DNA of 64,000 nucleotides from Chitinophagales bacterium (lineage in GTDB: Bacteria; Bacteroidota; Bacteroidia; Chitinophagales; UBA8649), in the NCBI GenBank assembly GCA_049610685.1, contig JBMYZU010000007.1, forward strand, positions 10,954-74,953, written 5' to 3'. The translations under genes and the position numbers were made by a program. The notes under the pieces were generated by a model. It was not told the DNA's origin. It made no database searches and was given only the letters and a program-made list of their open reading frames with translations. Of the stretch, positions 1-8,690 are shown piece by piece; the first letter of the stretch is position 1, and the number at the start of each line of letters is the position of its first letter.

Positions 1-2461
1 CACATTCCTTTACAGCGAGTTGATAAAATTCAGTATCGGCGTACTCCTCTTTTAACACCTTAAAGGATTCACTGTAAGCCTCATCAAATTCATTCCAGAA
101 TACTTTGTTTTCCCTCCACATCTCTTCATTTTGTTTCTTCCATAATTGCCTATCCTTTAACCACCTACCTATACCCCACATATTATCGTTGTGAGAAAAC
201 CTGTATTCATATAAATCAGGGATTGAATACCCGTTTATAGCTCTTGGATACAAACCATATTGCGTTGTATTATGGTATAAAGTTCGATCACACCGTGACA
301 TGATAAAAAGTGCTTGAGCTTTTTCCTCTCGGGTGAGGTATTCGCTTTGAATACCCTCATATAAGTATTCTTTTAATAATTTTTCATCGGAGTATTGGGT
401 TAAATATGCTACTGAAAAATTAATGAGATTTTTTCCCTGATCCTCCTGCTTAGATTCATTGCGAAGAGAATCTAAACACCTAGAGAGGTCTAATGTTGTC
501 CATGTATCCCATGGGGTTTCTAGTGTTTTTATAATCGAGTCACTGCCATACGGTTTAAATTTAAATGCAAATGGGTTATTGGCCATTGTGTCCAGTGATT
601 CTTCAGGTAGCTTCTCAAAATGTTTAATAGCATCAGCAATATTGTTTAGGTCACTGAGCAGGAATTTTCCTTTCATCTTATGCAGATATATCCGGATTAG
701 ACTATCGTTACTTAATTCGTGATGGCTTATCCTTTGAGTAAGATTACGGATAGCAGGAGCAAAATATACCTCTTCACCAAACTTTGTTAGAGCAGACTTA
801 GGACTTACAGCTTGTGTATCCAAGAGATTTTGAATGTATTGAAGATTCTTGTAAAAACTATCCACTGTGCTTTGATCAAGAATATCCCAAAGAAGTTGAT
901 TAGAGGAATGATTACAGTTAAAAATGATCGATTTATAAAAATCTCCTTGATTTAGGTATTTGCTATAAAGAAGATTGAAGATATATCGATTGATATCCGT
1001 TCCCTCGTCTTGCCATATAGTTATCCTTGCTTGCGTATCTCTTATACTACTGAGTGTGCTCTGACCATCATTTAAAAACAGCAGAATCTCCCCAATTTCA
1101 TTTTCGTGTTCTATGGACAATATTTCATTACCCTCGATAACATTGAATGCTCGAATAGCCTCATACATTTTTAGCATACCCTGATCAGTCGGAGGCGTAC
1201 CTAAACATTCTTGGCTACTGGAGAAGTCTCCTTTTAAATAGTATAGATAGGCTGTACTTAATCTCCAAAAACTGTCTTCAGAATCATTTGACATCATCTT
1301 GTTGCTAATTCTAATCAAATCGTCTAAGTACGCAAAGGCACCCATTTGATATAGATATTGATTATCATAATCCCTCAGAGCGTATCTATGTGAATATTGC
1401 CCGATAGTCTCAGATGAATATGATGAATTGTTTTGATTAAAGTCAATAATGGCGGATTCTATTTTGACAATCTCTTTACACATAAGAATGCGTACAAATT
1501 CATGATTTCCAACGGATTTGACTATAAAATTGATATCATCATAGGCTAGATTAGACTTATTCATTCCTCTTATAAAATGTAGTCCTGACTTCTCTTCATC
1601 TGAGATGCACAGACGTTTTGCTGCATCAAAATCATATTCCGACATAAAAGAGAGACTGTTATATGCCGAAATCTGTCTACTCGGAGCGTTCATATAGACT
1701 TTGGAGAATAGATAATTCGCCTCATCCTTTCTTTCGAGATGGATAAGTGCTCCTGCAAGATGTTCCATGGCCCAATAAGATATAAATGATGTAGACCCTG
1801 TAAAGTATTGATAAAACACATCCTCGACTAGAGAATATTGGTTGTTATATCGATATAGCTTTACAAGCTGATATGCCGTGCGTTCCCTGATAAATGAAAA
1901 TTGACTGCGATTGATTAGTGCCTCTGCTTGTTGAACTAATCGGTTGAATTTTGTCGTACCATTCTCTAAAACGCCTTCTTTGGTTCGCTCGGGATTGTCA
2001 TCCCAATAACGATCATATTCCCAAGCTGACGTATTATTTTCAAGTATGGCCTCAACCTCTAATGCCAATTTAAGATATTCTATGAAGGACTCTTCTTTCG
2101 CTATTAGTTTCAATTCTGTACTCCGTTTATTCCTTAAGCTGTTAAGTTCCGCACGGTTCGATTCAAAATCATGCCCCCTGTAGATAACTGACACTAGACT
2201 GTCTGGAGTATACTTTCCTTCAAAAAATTGAGCCCAATCCTGTACATTAAGTGAAACTGTTTGATTATGGAGATAATCATAATTTGAGTACCTATAAAGC
2301 CATGAACTGTAGCTTTCTGCAAAATCTGCATTGCCAAAAAGAAGGGCCTTGTCAAAGTTTGAATTGTAGCTGTAGCCAGAAACGCAACAATAAAGTGTAG
2401 AATGTCCTAAAAGGATGCTAACCGATAGAATTTGCAATCTTTTGAAAAAAGGATGGGTCAT
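1..2461 (-). CDS. Large secreted helical (TPR-like) hypothetical protein, 3' end runs off the window
   Basis: Not in the ORF track because no stop lies in the window. ATG at 2461 (MTHPFFKRLQILSVSILLGHSTLYCC...), read in frame by hand at both ends; internal RERTAYQLVKLYRY and YWAMEHLAGAL; ends ...YADTEFYQLAVKEC at the edge. Overlaps the upstream lipoprotein gene. Confidence 0.75.
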   Translation of the reverse strand, partial: MTHPFFKRLQILSVSILLGHSTLYCCVSGYSYNSNFDKALLFGNADFAESYSSWLYRYSNYDYLHNQTVSLNVQDWAQFFEGKYTPDSLVSVIYRGHDFESNRAELNSLRNKRSTELKLIAKEESFIEYLKLALEVEAILENNTSAWEYDRYWDDNPERTKEGVLENGTTKFNRLVQQAEALINRSQFSFIRERTAYQLVKLYRYNNQYSLVEDVFYQYFTGSTSFISYWAMEHLAGALIHLERKDEANYLFSKVYMNAPSRQISAYNSLSFMSEYDFDAAKRLCISDEEKSGLHFIRGMNKSNLAYDDINFIVKSVGNHEFVRILMCKEIVKIESAIIDFNQNNSSYSSETIGQYSHRYALRDYDNQYLYQMGAFAYLDDLIRISNKMMSNDSEDSFWRLSTAYLYYLKGDFSSSQECLGTPPTDQGMLKMYEAIRAFNVIEGNEILSIEHENEIGEILLFLNDGQSTLSSIRDTQARITIWQDEGTDINRYIFNLLYSKYLNQGDFYKSIIFNCNHSSNQLLWDILDQSTVDSFYKNLQYIQNLLDTQAVSPKSALTKFGEEVYFAPAIRNLTQRISHHELSNDSLIRIYLHKMKGKFLLSDLNNIADAIKHFEKLPEESLDTMANNPFAFKFKPYGSDSIIKTLETPWDTWTTLDLSRCLDSLRNESKQEDQGKNLINFSVAYLTQYSDEKLLKEYLYEGIQSEYLTREEKAQALFIMSRCDRTLYHNTTQYGLYPRAINGYSIPDLYEYRFSHNDNMWGIGRWLKDRQLWKKQNEEMWRENKVFWNEFDEAYSESFKVLKEEYADTEFYQLAVKEC

Positions 2462-3452
2462 AAGATGGAATGGATTGACTGTTTAAATGATAAAAGATGA
2501 CTTTGCCAAAACGTTGTTCGTTATTTGCAATAGTTTCAGCACATTCTAAAAGAACCTTTGTTTCTGAATGTTCAATTCGCAATATATCTCCACGATTAAA
2601 ATAGGTTTGATTGAAATAAAAACTCGAATCCGCTCGATATTTAGTACCGCTCAACTTAGTAAAAGGGTAGTTGGGAATGGAATCAGCTTCTATATCGTTA
2701 ACGATTAGTGCTAAATCATCCAATCGATATACTAATCCCCAATGATACGTTGGAAAGGCTAAATCTAAGGGAATAGAGTAGGAAGTGGATCCATCCATAT
2801 AGGTCTTGAGTGTTTGATTTGAAATTATCGAGTTCTCTGTATTGACATCGTAAATGTCATTCATGTTATAGCACATAAGCACCCCCTTATCGACCGGTGG
2901 CACCCCTGTTTTTTGAGGATATTTAAACTGATGAAGTCGAATGGTTGAACTAATAGTCCATGACGAAATATCTTGAAAGCCTTGAAGAAATTGAAAATAA
3001 TTAGGGCCACTAGTCTCTGTCCAATCACAATCAAATTGAATTTCGTGAATGGAAAGGGAATGAATTTCTTCAATTTCTCTAACTAAATCGTAGACATTCT
3101 GGCATAAATCACTTGGAACACCCTTTTTAAACACCTTGTTTTCAATGTATATACATGGAATAATTTCGAAAGGAATAGTCGATGTGTCTAATTCAACAAC
3201 TGAGACTGGAATACACTTTCCATCCTCAAGCGTTACATCAAAAAACCGCACATACAACTCATTCACCTTGTTGTCAGACAAAATAGTTAGCTCGTTAGAG
3301 TCGAGGCTAAAGTCCTGTTTCCAATGGTAAAATGATATCTCTGCTTGCTGATGCACCTCCTCCTTGCAACTGCTCATAGACAGCGCTAGAAGGCAAAAAA
3401 TGGAGCATAATTTAAATGCCCTAGTTGACATAACAGAACGAAATAACTTCAT
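2418..3452 (-). CDS. Conserved hypothetical lipoprotein with a possible glycoside-hydrolase-like TIM barrel (DUF3142-like)
   Basis: Lipobox LSMSSC followed by KEE; motifs LYVRFFDV, EIQFDCDWT, STIRLHQ, GVPPVDKGVLMCYN. Confidence 0.65.
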   Translation of the reverse strand: MKLFRSVMSTRAFKLCSIFCLLALSMSSCKEEVHQQAEISFYHWKQDFSLDSNELTILSDNKVNELYVRFFDVTLEDGKCIPVSVVELDTSTIPFEIIPCIYIENKVFKKGVPSDLCQNVYDLVREIEEIHSLSIHEIQFDCDWTETSGPNYFQFLQGFQDISSWTISSTIRLHQFKYPQKTGVPPVDKGVLMCYNMNDIYDVNTENSIISNQTLKTYMDGSTSYSIPLDLAFPTYHWGLVYRLDDLALIVNDIEADSIPNYPFTKLSGTKYRADSSFYFNQTYFNRGDILRIEHSETKVLLECAETIANNEQRFGKVIFYHLNSQSIPSYDPSFFQKIANSIG

Positions 3453-3616
3453 CGGTCATAAGATAGAGAGAATGGATGATTTTCAACATTGTAAACGAGG
3501 GATTAACTGAAAATATTCTTTACTCAATTAATCCATCTTTTGATGGCAATCCACAACATGCTCAGCGATAAACAGCTTATACTCATTACACCTTGACAAT
3601 GTCAAAAGGAATCTGG

Positions 3617-3648
3617 ATCTTCCCCGTAGGGAGGCGGGATGTGGTGGG
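3617..3648 (-). repeat. Degenerate copy of the C-rich dispersed intergenic element
   Basis: Reverse complement CCCACCACATCCCGCCTCCCTACGGGGAAGAT resembles CCCAC...CCCTACGGG.AAAAT at 23930 and 36789. Confidence 0.5.
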
Positions 3649-3660
3649 CCTAAACAGAAC

Positions 3661-4083
3661 TTAACCCAAAATGCTCGACTCAATCTCAGGATTGATCGAT
3701 GCTAAGGCCTCAGTAAATCCCTTTTTATCTTTCGGAGAAAGCAAAATCATATTCCATTTCCCATACCGTACTTTGATTCGATCAAATGAAGGGGCAGGAG
3801 AGGAGAGAAGGTTTCTTGAGGGTTCAACGGACTTTATTGTTTTTATATCAATAGTCCGATACTTAATAAAACCAGATTGAACCTGGAGCATATTGTCACG
3901 AATCGTGTAATGTGTGTTATAAAACATATGCATTACGAATCCATAGATTACTATTAATAGGGCGAAGGGCGCTGGCTTTGACTCAAGCGCTATATCCTTG
4001 AAAAACATGGATATGAGCGGAGCAAAAAAGGCTACTGTGACGATTGCTACTAGAAGAAGAGATACTTTAGAATAGAATCGCAT
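3661..4083 (-). CDS. Bacterial PH-domain membrane protein (YyaB-like)
   Basis: Two N-terminal TM helices, then THYTI...IDIKTIKSV...SSPAPSFDRIKVRYGK...SPKDKKGF. True start is ATG 4083; the longer ORF-track start overlaps the tRNA. Confidence 0.75.
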   Translation of the reverse strand: MRFYSKVSLLLVAIVTVAFFAPLISMFFKDIALESKPAPFALLIVIYGFVMHMFYNTHYTIRDNMLQVQSGFIKYRTIDIKTIKSVEPSRNLLSSPAPSFDRIKVRYGKWNMILLSPKDKKGFTEALASINPEIESSILG

Positions 4084-4098
4084 AATACAAAGTAAATT

Positions 4099-4131
4099 AA
4101 AAAAGCCCTGATCATTGATCAAGGCTTTTTT
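4099..4131 (-). terminator. Intrinsic terminator downstream of tRNA-fMet
   Basis: AAAAAAGCCCTGATC-att-GATCAAGGCTTTTTT hairpin with T-tracts on both strands. Confidence 0.7.
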
Positions 4132-4133
4132 AG

Positions 4134-4206
<73 letters not shown>

Positions 4207-4218
4207 ATGTTTGGACGA

Positions 4219-4226
4219 CAAATATA
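4219..4226 (-). promoter_or_regulatory. Bacteroidota -7 promoter element for tRNA-fMet
   Basis: TATATTTG matches the TAnnTTTG consensus just upstream of the tRNA. Confidence 0.7.
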
Positions 4227-4260
4227 GGAATTTCGGTGTGCTAAGCAAATTATGTGCTGA

Positions 4261-5091
4261 CTAATTCTCTTGAACATATCGTGTAAAGCGCTTGATATGG
4301 TCAATGTTTATCCATTCAACACCAGCCTCAGTAAAGAAGCGCCAAATGGATTTTTTCTGTGGCATTCCCCAAAATCTAAGCTTTTGATGACAGCGTTTCG
4401 CATTATACACACACTCTAAAAGCTTCTCATACTCCGCCTTTGGCATATCACCCCGTCCATTCCAGGTAAAGTATTGGTCGTAGTGGGCTGAAACTCTTGT
4501 AATTCGAAGATCAGGTTGACCATAACAGTGACAAGGCCTTCCATCCAAAAAAAACATGGACACATCCATATCATAAGAGAATAGATCTCTGGGATATCCT
4601 CCACTAAGGACAATCGTAACGCTTCGCTTATGAATTGACGTTGGACCATCCCAAGTGGATAGGTAAGGAGTAAGTGGTTCAAGCGCTTTTGCCAATAAGG
4701 CTATAGTTTCCTTTCCACCTGTCTTTAAGTCTATCATTATCTCTAAGGATTCTCCGTTGGCTTGAAGCACCTTTTCTAAATCAGGCAGGATCTGAAGTAG
4801 TGGCTGGACATAAAGTTCTTCAATAGTGGGTTTGCGTTTGAGAAACAAGCCAATATGAGAGACCCTAAGCTGTCCTTCATGAGCAAAGACATCAATTTCA
4901 ATACTTCTAAATCCTGCATCGAGTGCATCAAATAAGGGATTCTTGCGTGTATAATCATTGTGAGAATGGGCATAAGGGATTGATTTAACATCCATCCAGA
5001 GATTTGCCCCGTGATTTTGGGCCTTTGTGGAAGGCCGGAATACCATCACAAAGAACAAGCAGAAAAAAACTGAATAACGCCTTAACACCAT
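4261..5091 (-). CDS. PLC-like/glycerophosphodiester phosphodiesterase superfamily protein (AIM6-like), secreted
   Basis: AHSHNDY...PLFDALDAGFRSIEIDV motif, IMIDLK, LRFW; signal peptide from ATG 5091. The ORF-track extension overlaps hslR. Confidence 0.75.
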   Translation of the reverse strand: MVLRRYSVFFCLFFVMVFRPSTKAQNHGANLWMDVKSIPYAHSHNDYTRKNPLFDALDAGFRSIEIDVFAHEGQLRVSHIGLFLKRKPTIEELYVQPLLQILPDLEKVLQANGESLEIMIDLKTGGKETIALLAKALEPLTPYLSTWDGPTSIHKRSVTIVLSGGYPRDLFSYDMDVSMFFLDGRPCHCYGQPDLRITRVSAHYDQYFTWNGRGDMPKAEYEKLLECVYNAKRCHQKLRFWGMPQKKSIWRFFTEAGVEWINIDHIKRFTRYVQEN

Positions 5092-5149
5092 AGAAAAAGA
5101 GGAGAAAAAGAATCTCTTCACTGAAGTTAACGGAAAGAAGACGATATTT

Positions 5150-5590
5150 ATGTCTATGGAGAGTGTTCGAGTGGACAAATGGTTATGGGCTGTGCGCATC
5201 TTTAAAACCCGCACTGCATCTGGCCGTGCTTGCGACAATGGCAAAGTACGCTTGGGAGATAGCCCTGCCAAATCATCTTCCAAGGTCAAAGTAGGTGATG
5301 TCGTTCGCGTAAGGCTTCACCACGAAAACCGGCAGTTTAAAGTGTTAAAGCTTATCGAAAAAAGAGTAGGAGCCCAAGTAGCTATGGCCTGTTACGAGGA
5401 TATTACGCCACCTGAAGAACGAATTGATCGATTAAAATCTGCCTTTGCCTTACCCACGGCGTATCGGGAACGAGGTACTGGAAGACCAACAAAGAAAGAT
5501 CGTCGAGAGATTGATGAAATGGATAATCAGCATAAAGGCGTGGAGGACAACCATGTCGATGATTTTGATTGGGATGATTTAGACCTTTAA
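5150..5590 (+). CDS. hslR: Ribosome-associated heat shock protein Hsp15 (S4 domain)
   Basis: RVDKWLWAVRIFKTRT...GKV; C-terminal GRPTKKDRR. Confidence 0.92.
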   Translation: MSMESVRVDKWLWAVRIFKTRTASGRACDNGKVRLGDSPAKSSSKVKVGDVVRVRLHHENRQFKVLKLIEKRVGAQVAMACYEDITPPEERIDRLKSAFALPTAYRERGTGRPTKKDRREIDEMDNQHKGVEDNHVDDFDWDDLDL

Positions 5591-5602
5591 GCCCATCGAG
5601 CA

Positions 5603-6451
5603 ATGCATGCAGTAATCACAGGCGCTAATGACGGCATAGGATTGGAGACCGCCAAGGGACTAGCCAAATTAGGATATAACCAGACGTGGCTTTGTCGTAA
5701 CCTTGACAAGGCCAATAAGGCTTCTAATGATATTCTTCTTCACTTTCCCATGCTGAGTATTAATATTATCCAAGTAGATTTAGCGTCCCTAGCCTCGGTA
5801 AGAAATGCAGCATTACAAGTCATTGCTTTGGAGCAAGAGATTGATGTCTTACTATGCAATGCAGGAGGAACTTTCTCCCATTATGCCTTGACAGAAGATG
5901 GGGTGGAAAAAACGATGGCCGTCAATCATTTAAGCCACTTTCTCTTGTGTCATCTTCTGCTAGAGCATCTAAACCCTAAAGCCCGAATCGTCCATGTTAG
6001 TTCTAGGGCAAATCTCAAAGGGAAACTAAGCCTCGAAGAGCTTAAATTATGTAGTGCAGAGAGTGATCGCAAATATTTTATCATGGCCGCCTACAGACGC
6101 TCTAAGCTAGCCAACGTAGTCTACACAAAACACAGCGCTGAATTATGGTCTAGTCGAGGAATCACCGTAAACTGTTTGCACCCAGGTGTTGTAAAAACCA
6201 AAATTGGACATAAAAGCGACCGAAAGCTCCACCAATATGCATGGGCGCTTCTCTCTAATCTTCAAGGTATATCTATTGAGGAAGGCGCCAAAACATCAAT
6301 TTATCTAGCCTCTGATCCCCATGTAGCCTCCATATCTGGCCAATATTTCGATGCCTGTAAAATTGCCAAGGCCAATCCAATTAGCGATAGGAGGGCTATT
6401 CAAGAAGCCTTGTACGAATGGAGCATGGAGCGAATCGATAAGTTTATGTAG
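5603..6451 (+). CDS. SDR family oxidoreductase (retinol dehydrogenase-like)
   Basis: TGANDGIG, CNAG, VNHLSHF, YRRSK catalytic YxxxK, LHPGVV. Confidence 0.9.
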   Translation: MHAVITGANDGIGLETAKGLAKLGYNQTWLCRNLDKANKASNDILLHFPMLSINIIQVDLASLASVRNAALQVIALEQEIDVLLCNAGGTFSHYALTEDGVEKTMAVNHLSHFLLCHLLLEHLNPKARIVHVSSRANLKGKLSLEELKLCSAESDRKYFIMAAYRRSKLANVVYTKHSAELWSSRGITVNCLHPGVVKTKIGHKSDRKLHQYAWALLSNLQGISIEEGAKTSIYLASDPHVASISGQYFDACKIAKANPISDRRAIQEALYEWSMERIDKFM

Positions 6452-7754
6452 CAGATGCTAAGACTTCCGCCACAAGAAAAACAGATCCACACACTATCAA
6501 AATATCTTTAGAGGTCAGCATAGTTTTCACCGCAGTAAATCCTTCTTGTGAGGAATGGTAGGCATTTCCGGTATACCCCAACCTAAGAGCTTCATTTTTA
6601 AGTTTTTCTGCATTCATGGCACGGACCACTTTTGCTTGTGTCCATGTGAAGCAGGTATTGCTTGGAAACAGGGATAGAACACTTTGAATATCCTTATCTG
6701 CTGATGCTCCAAATAAAACGTGCAGTCTTCCACCATAATTTGGTAGGCTATCTAAAAGCGCTTGAATACCGTCCGCATTATGTCCAGCATCTAAAAGAAT
6801 CAGCGGTTCTCTTTGTATGACCTGCATTCGTCCCATGTAACCTGTAGACGGTCCAACTTGACCTAACCCTTTGCCAATAGCTTCAGGACTAGGTCGATAA
6901 GCTAGAGGTAGCATAGACAGGGCTTGAAAGGCTGTCCTGATATTTTCTTTTTGATAAGTGCCCACAAGATCACTCTGGTAAGCGTATTCTTTACCCTGTA
7001 TATGGAATTGTCCTTGGATACATTCTAGATCATGTCCTTTTTCTAAAGTAATCCTTGAATGCTCGCCTTGCAAAGTGTTTAAACGGTCTGCATAATATAC
7101 TTTGGCGTGCTGCTTTTTAGCCACTTGACTGAATACGTTTTTGGTTTCCTTTTGATCAACTCCAATGAGAACAGGCGTATTATGTTTTATAATGCCTGCC
7201 TTTTCTTTAGAAATACTTGCAAGATCAGGTCCCAACATATTCATATGGTCTAAACCAATTCTCGTAATGATTGAAAGCATGGGATGAATAATATTGGTGC
7301 TATCTAGGCGCCCTCCAAGTCCCGTTTCAATGATTGCAAGATCGACCTGTTGTTTTGCAAAATAATCAAAGGCCATGGCTACCGTTATTTCAAAGAAGGA
7401 AGGGGATACCTTTAATATCAGTTCTTTGTGCTCTTCTACAAACCACACCACATTTTCTTCTGAAATCATTAGACCATCGACGCGAATGCGTTCCCGAAAG
7501 TCCAGATAGTGCGGTGAAGTGTATAGACCCGTTTTAAATCCGGCGGCCTGATAAATGGAAGAGAGGATATGGCTGACCGAACCTTTCCCATTGGTGCCCG
7601 CTATGTGAATAAAGGTTGACTTCTTATGAGGATTTCCTAAGCCTTTACATAGAAGAGAGATGTTTGTAAGATCCTTCTTTACAGCTTCTTTACCAACATT
7701 TTGATACATAGGGAGTTGACCATAGAGCCACTCTATGCATTCCGAATAGGTCAT
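6444..7754 (-). CDS. folC: Bifunctional folylpolyglutamate synthase/dihydrofolate synthase
   Basis: HIAGTNGKGS, YTSPH, ETGLGGRLDSTN, EKAGIIK, DAGHN. Confidence 0.96.
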   Translation of the reverse strand: MTYSECIEWLYGQLPMYQNVGKEAVKKDLTNISLLCKGLGNPHKKSTFIHIAGTNGKGSVSHILSSIYQAAGFKTGLYTSPHYLDFRERIRVDGLMISEENVVWFVEEHKELILKVSPSFFEITVAMAFDYFAKQQVDLAIIETGLGGRLDSTNIIHPMLSIITRIGLDHMNMLGPDLASISKEKAGIIKHNTPVLIGVDQKETKNVFSQVAKKQHAKVYYADRLNTLQGEHSRITLEKGHDLECIQGQFHIQGKEYAYQSDLVGTYQKENIRTAFQALSMLPLAYRPSPEAIGKGLGQVGPSTGYMGRMQVIQREPLILLDAGHNADGIQALLDSLPNYGGRLHVLFGASADKDIQSVLSLFPSNTCFTWTQAKVVRAMNAEKLKNEALRLGYTGNAYHSSQEGFTAVKTMLTSKDILIVCGSVFLVAEVLASAT

Positions 7755-7761
7755 AGGAAAT

Positions 7762-8172
7762 CTAGTCTTCGAGTATCTCGATTTTGGAGATGGTTAGTAT
7801 GGATTCATACTTTTCATAGCGATCATTCCAGTCGTTATAAAACGTGATGGACTGATTTTCGTAGTCCACTAGTATTTGCGTACCATATTCGTTTACATAG
7901 ATATCATCCCCATATTCATTGCTATCATAGTACTCCCACCATACTTTTTGGGGATCTTCCTCTTGACCATCGACCATGAAGACGTAGAAATCATTCTCAA
8001 AAAGAAAATAGGAGGAGTACCACTCAGATATCGTCTCTTCATATTCAGCAGTATACAAATCAAGAGTGTATTTGTGGATATATTTCGCATGAATCATCTG
8101 CCCTGGCTCTATTTGGGCGAAGAGAGAAGAAGTAATCATTATAGCCGCTAACAGAGTATATATCTTTTTCAT
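7762..8172 (-). CDS. Small secreted acidic Tyr-rich hypothetical protein (paralogue of 8226..8627)
   Basis: Signal peptide MKKIYTLLAAIMITSSLFAQ; aligns end to end with its neighbour. Confidence 0.7.
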   Translation of the reverse strand: MKKIYTLLAAIMITSSLFAQIEPGQMIHAKYIHKYTLDLYTAEYEETISEWYSSYFLFENDFYVFMVDGQEEDPQKVWWEYYDSNEYGDDIYVNEYGTQILVDYENQSITFYNDWNDRYEKYESILTISKIEILED

Positions 8173-8225
8173 AACGAGTGTGTTCTTCATGTATTTTTGG
8201 GGGAAGTATACTTTAAGTTACGTTT

Positions 8226-8627
8226 TTAATCAAAGGATGACACGGTAAGAATCATTTCATACTTCTGTAAGACCTCATTCCAATTTTGATTGAATGTTAT
8301 GGTCTGTTCTTGATAATCAATGATTACTTCCCTATTGTTTTCTTTCAAGTAAATATCCTTATTGTCTGTAGTCTGTTCCTTAAAGTGCCAGGGAACTTTA
8401 TTAAAATCCCCTTTAGGCTTTGATTCGTCACTATGCAGATAATAACTGTCTGTTAGAAAAATATAGTTAGAATACGGCAAATCAGCCAACTTATCATATT
8501 CACCTGTGCTCGTATTGAGCTGTATTATCACCATATGCTTTGAATGAAGCATTTGCTCTAACTCAATTTGAGCACGAAGACCCAAAAATGAAAGGCATAA
8601 AATCAACGAAAAAAGTAATGACTTCAT
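8226..8627 (-). CDS. Small secreted hypothetical protein (paralogue of 7762..8172)
   Basis: Signal peptide ending LRAQ; shared AQIE..QM.H.K, DIY, DY..Q.ITF...WN....KYE.ILT.S. Confidence 0.7.
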   Translation of the reverse strand: MKSLLFSLILCLSFLGLRAQIELEQMLHSKHMVIIQLNTSTGEYDKLADLPYSNYIFLTDSYYLHSDESKPKGDFNKVPWHFKEQTTDNKDIYLKENNREVIIDYQEQTITFNQNWNEVLQKYEMILTVSSFD

Positions 8628-8690
8628 AGCAACTATGTTATGCTTACTAAGCTAGTAAAATTAGTTAGGTAAGTTAGCAGATAACCTGCA

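Noticed and set aside
459-722. 87-aa plus-strand ORF
   Set aside because: Antisense shadow of the long minus-strand ORF (2461 to the window edge) that the ORF track missed.
5092-5289. N-terminal extension of the phosphodiesterase ORF
   Set aside because: It overlaps hslR on the opposite strand; the signal peptide begins at 5091.
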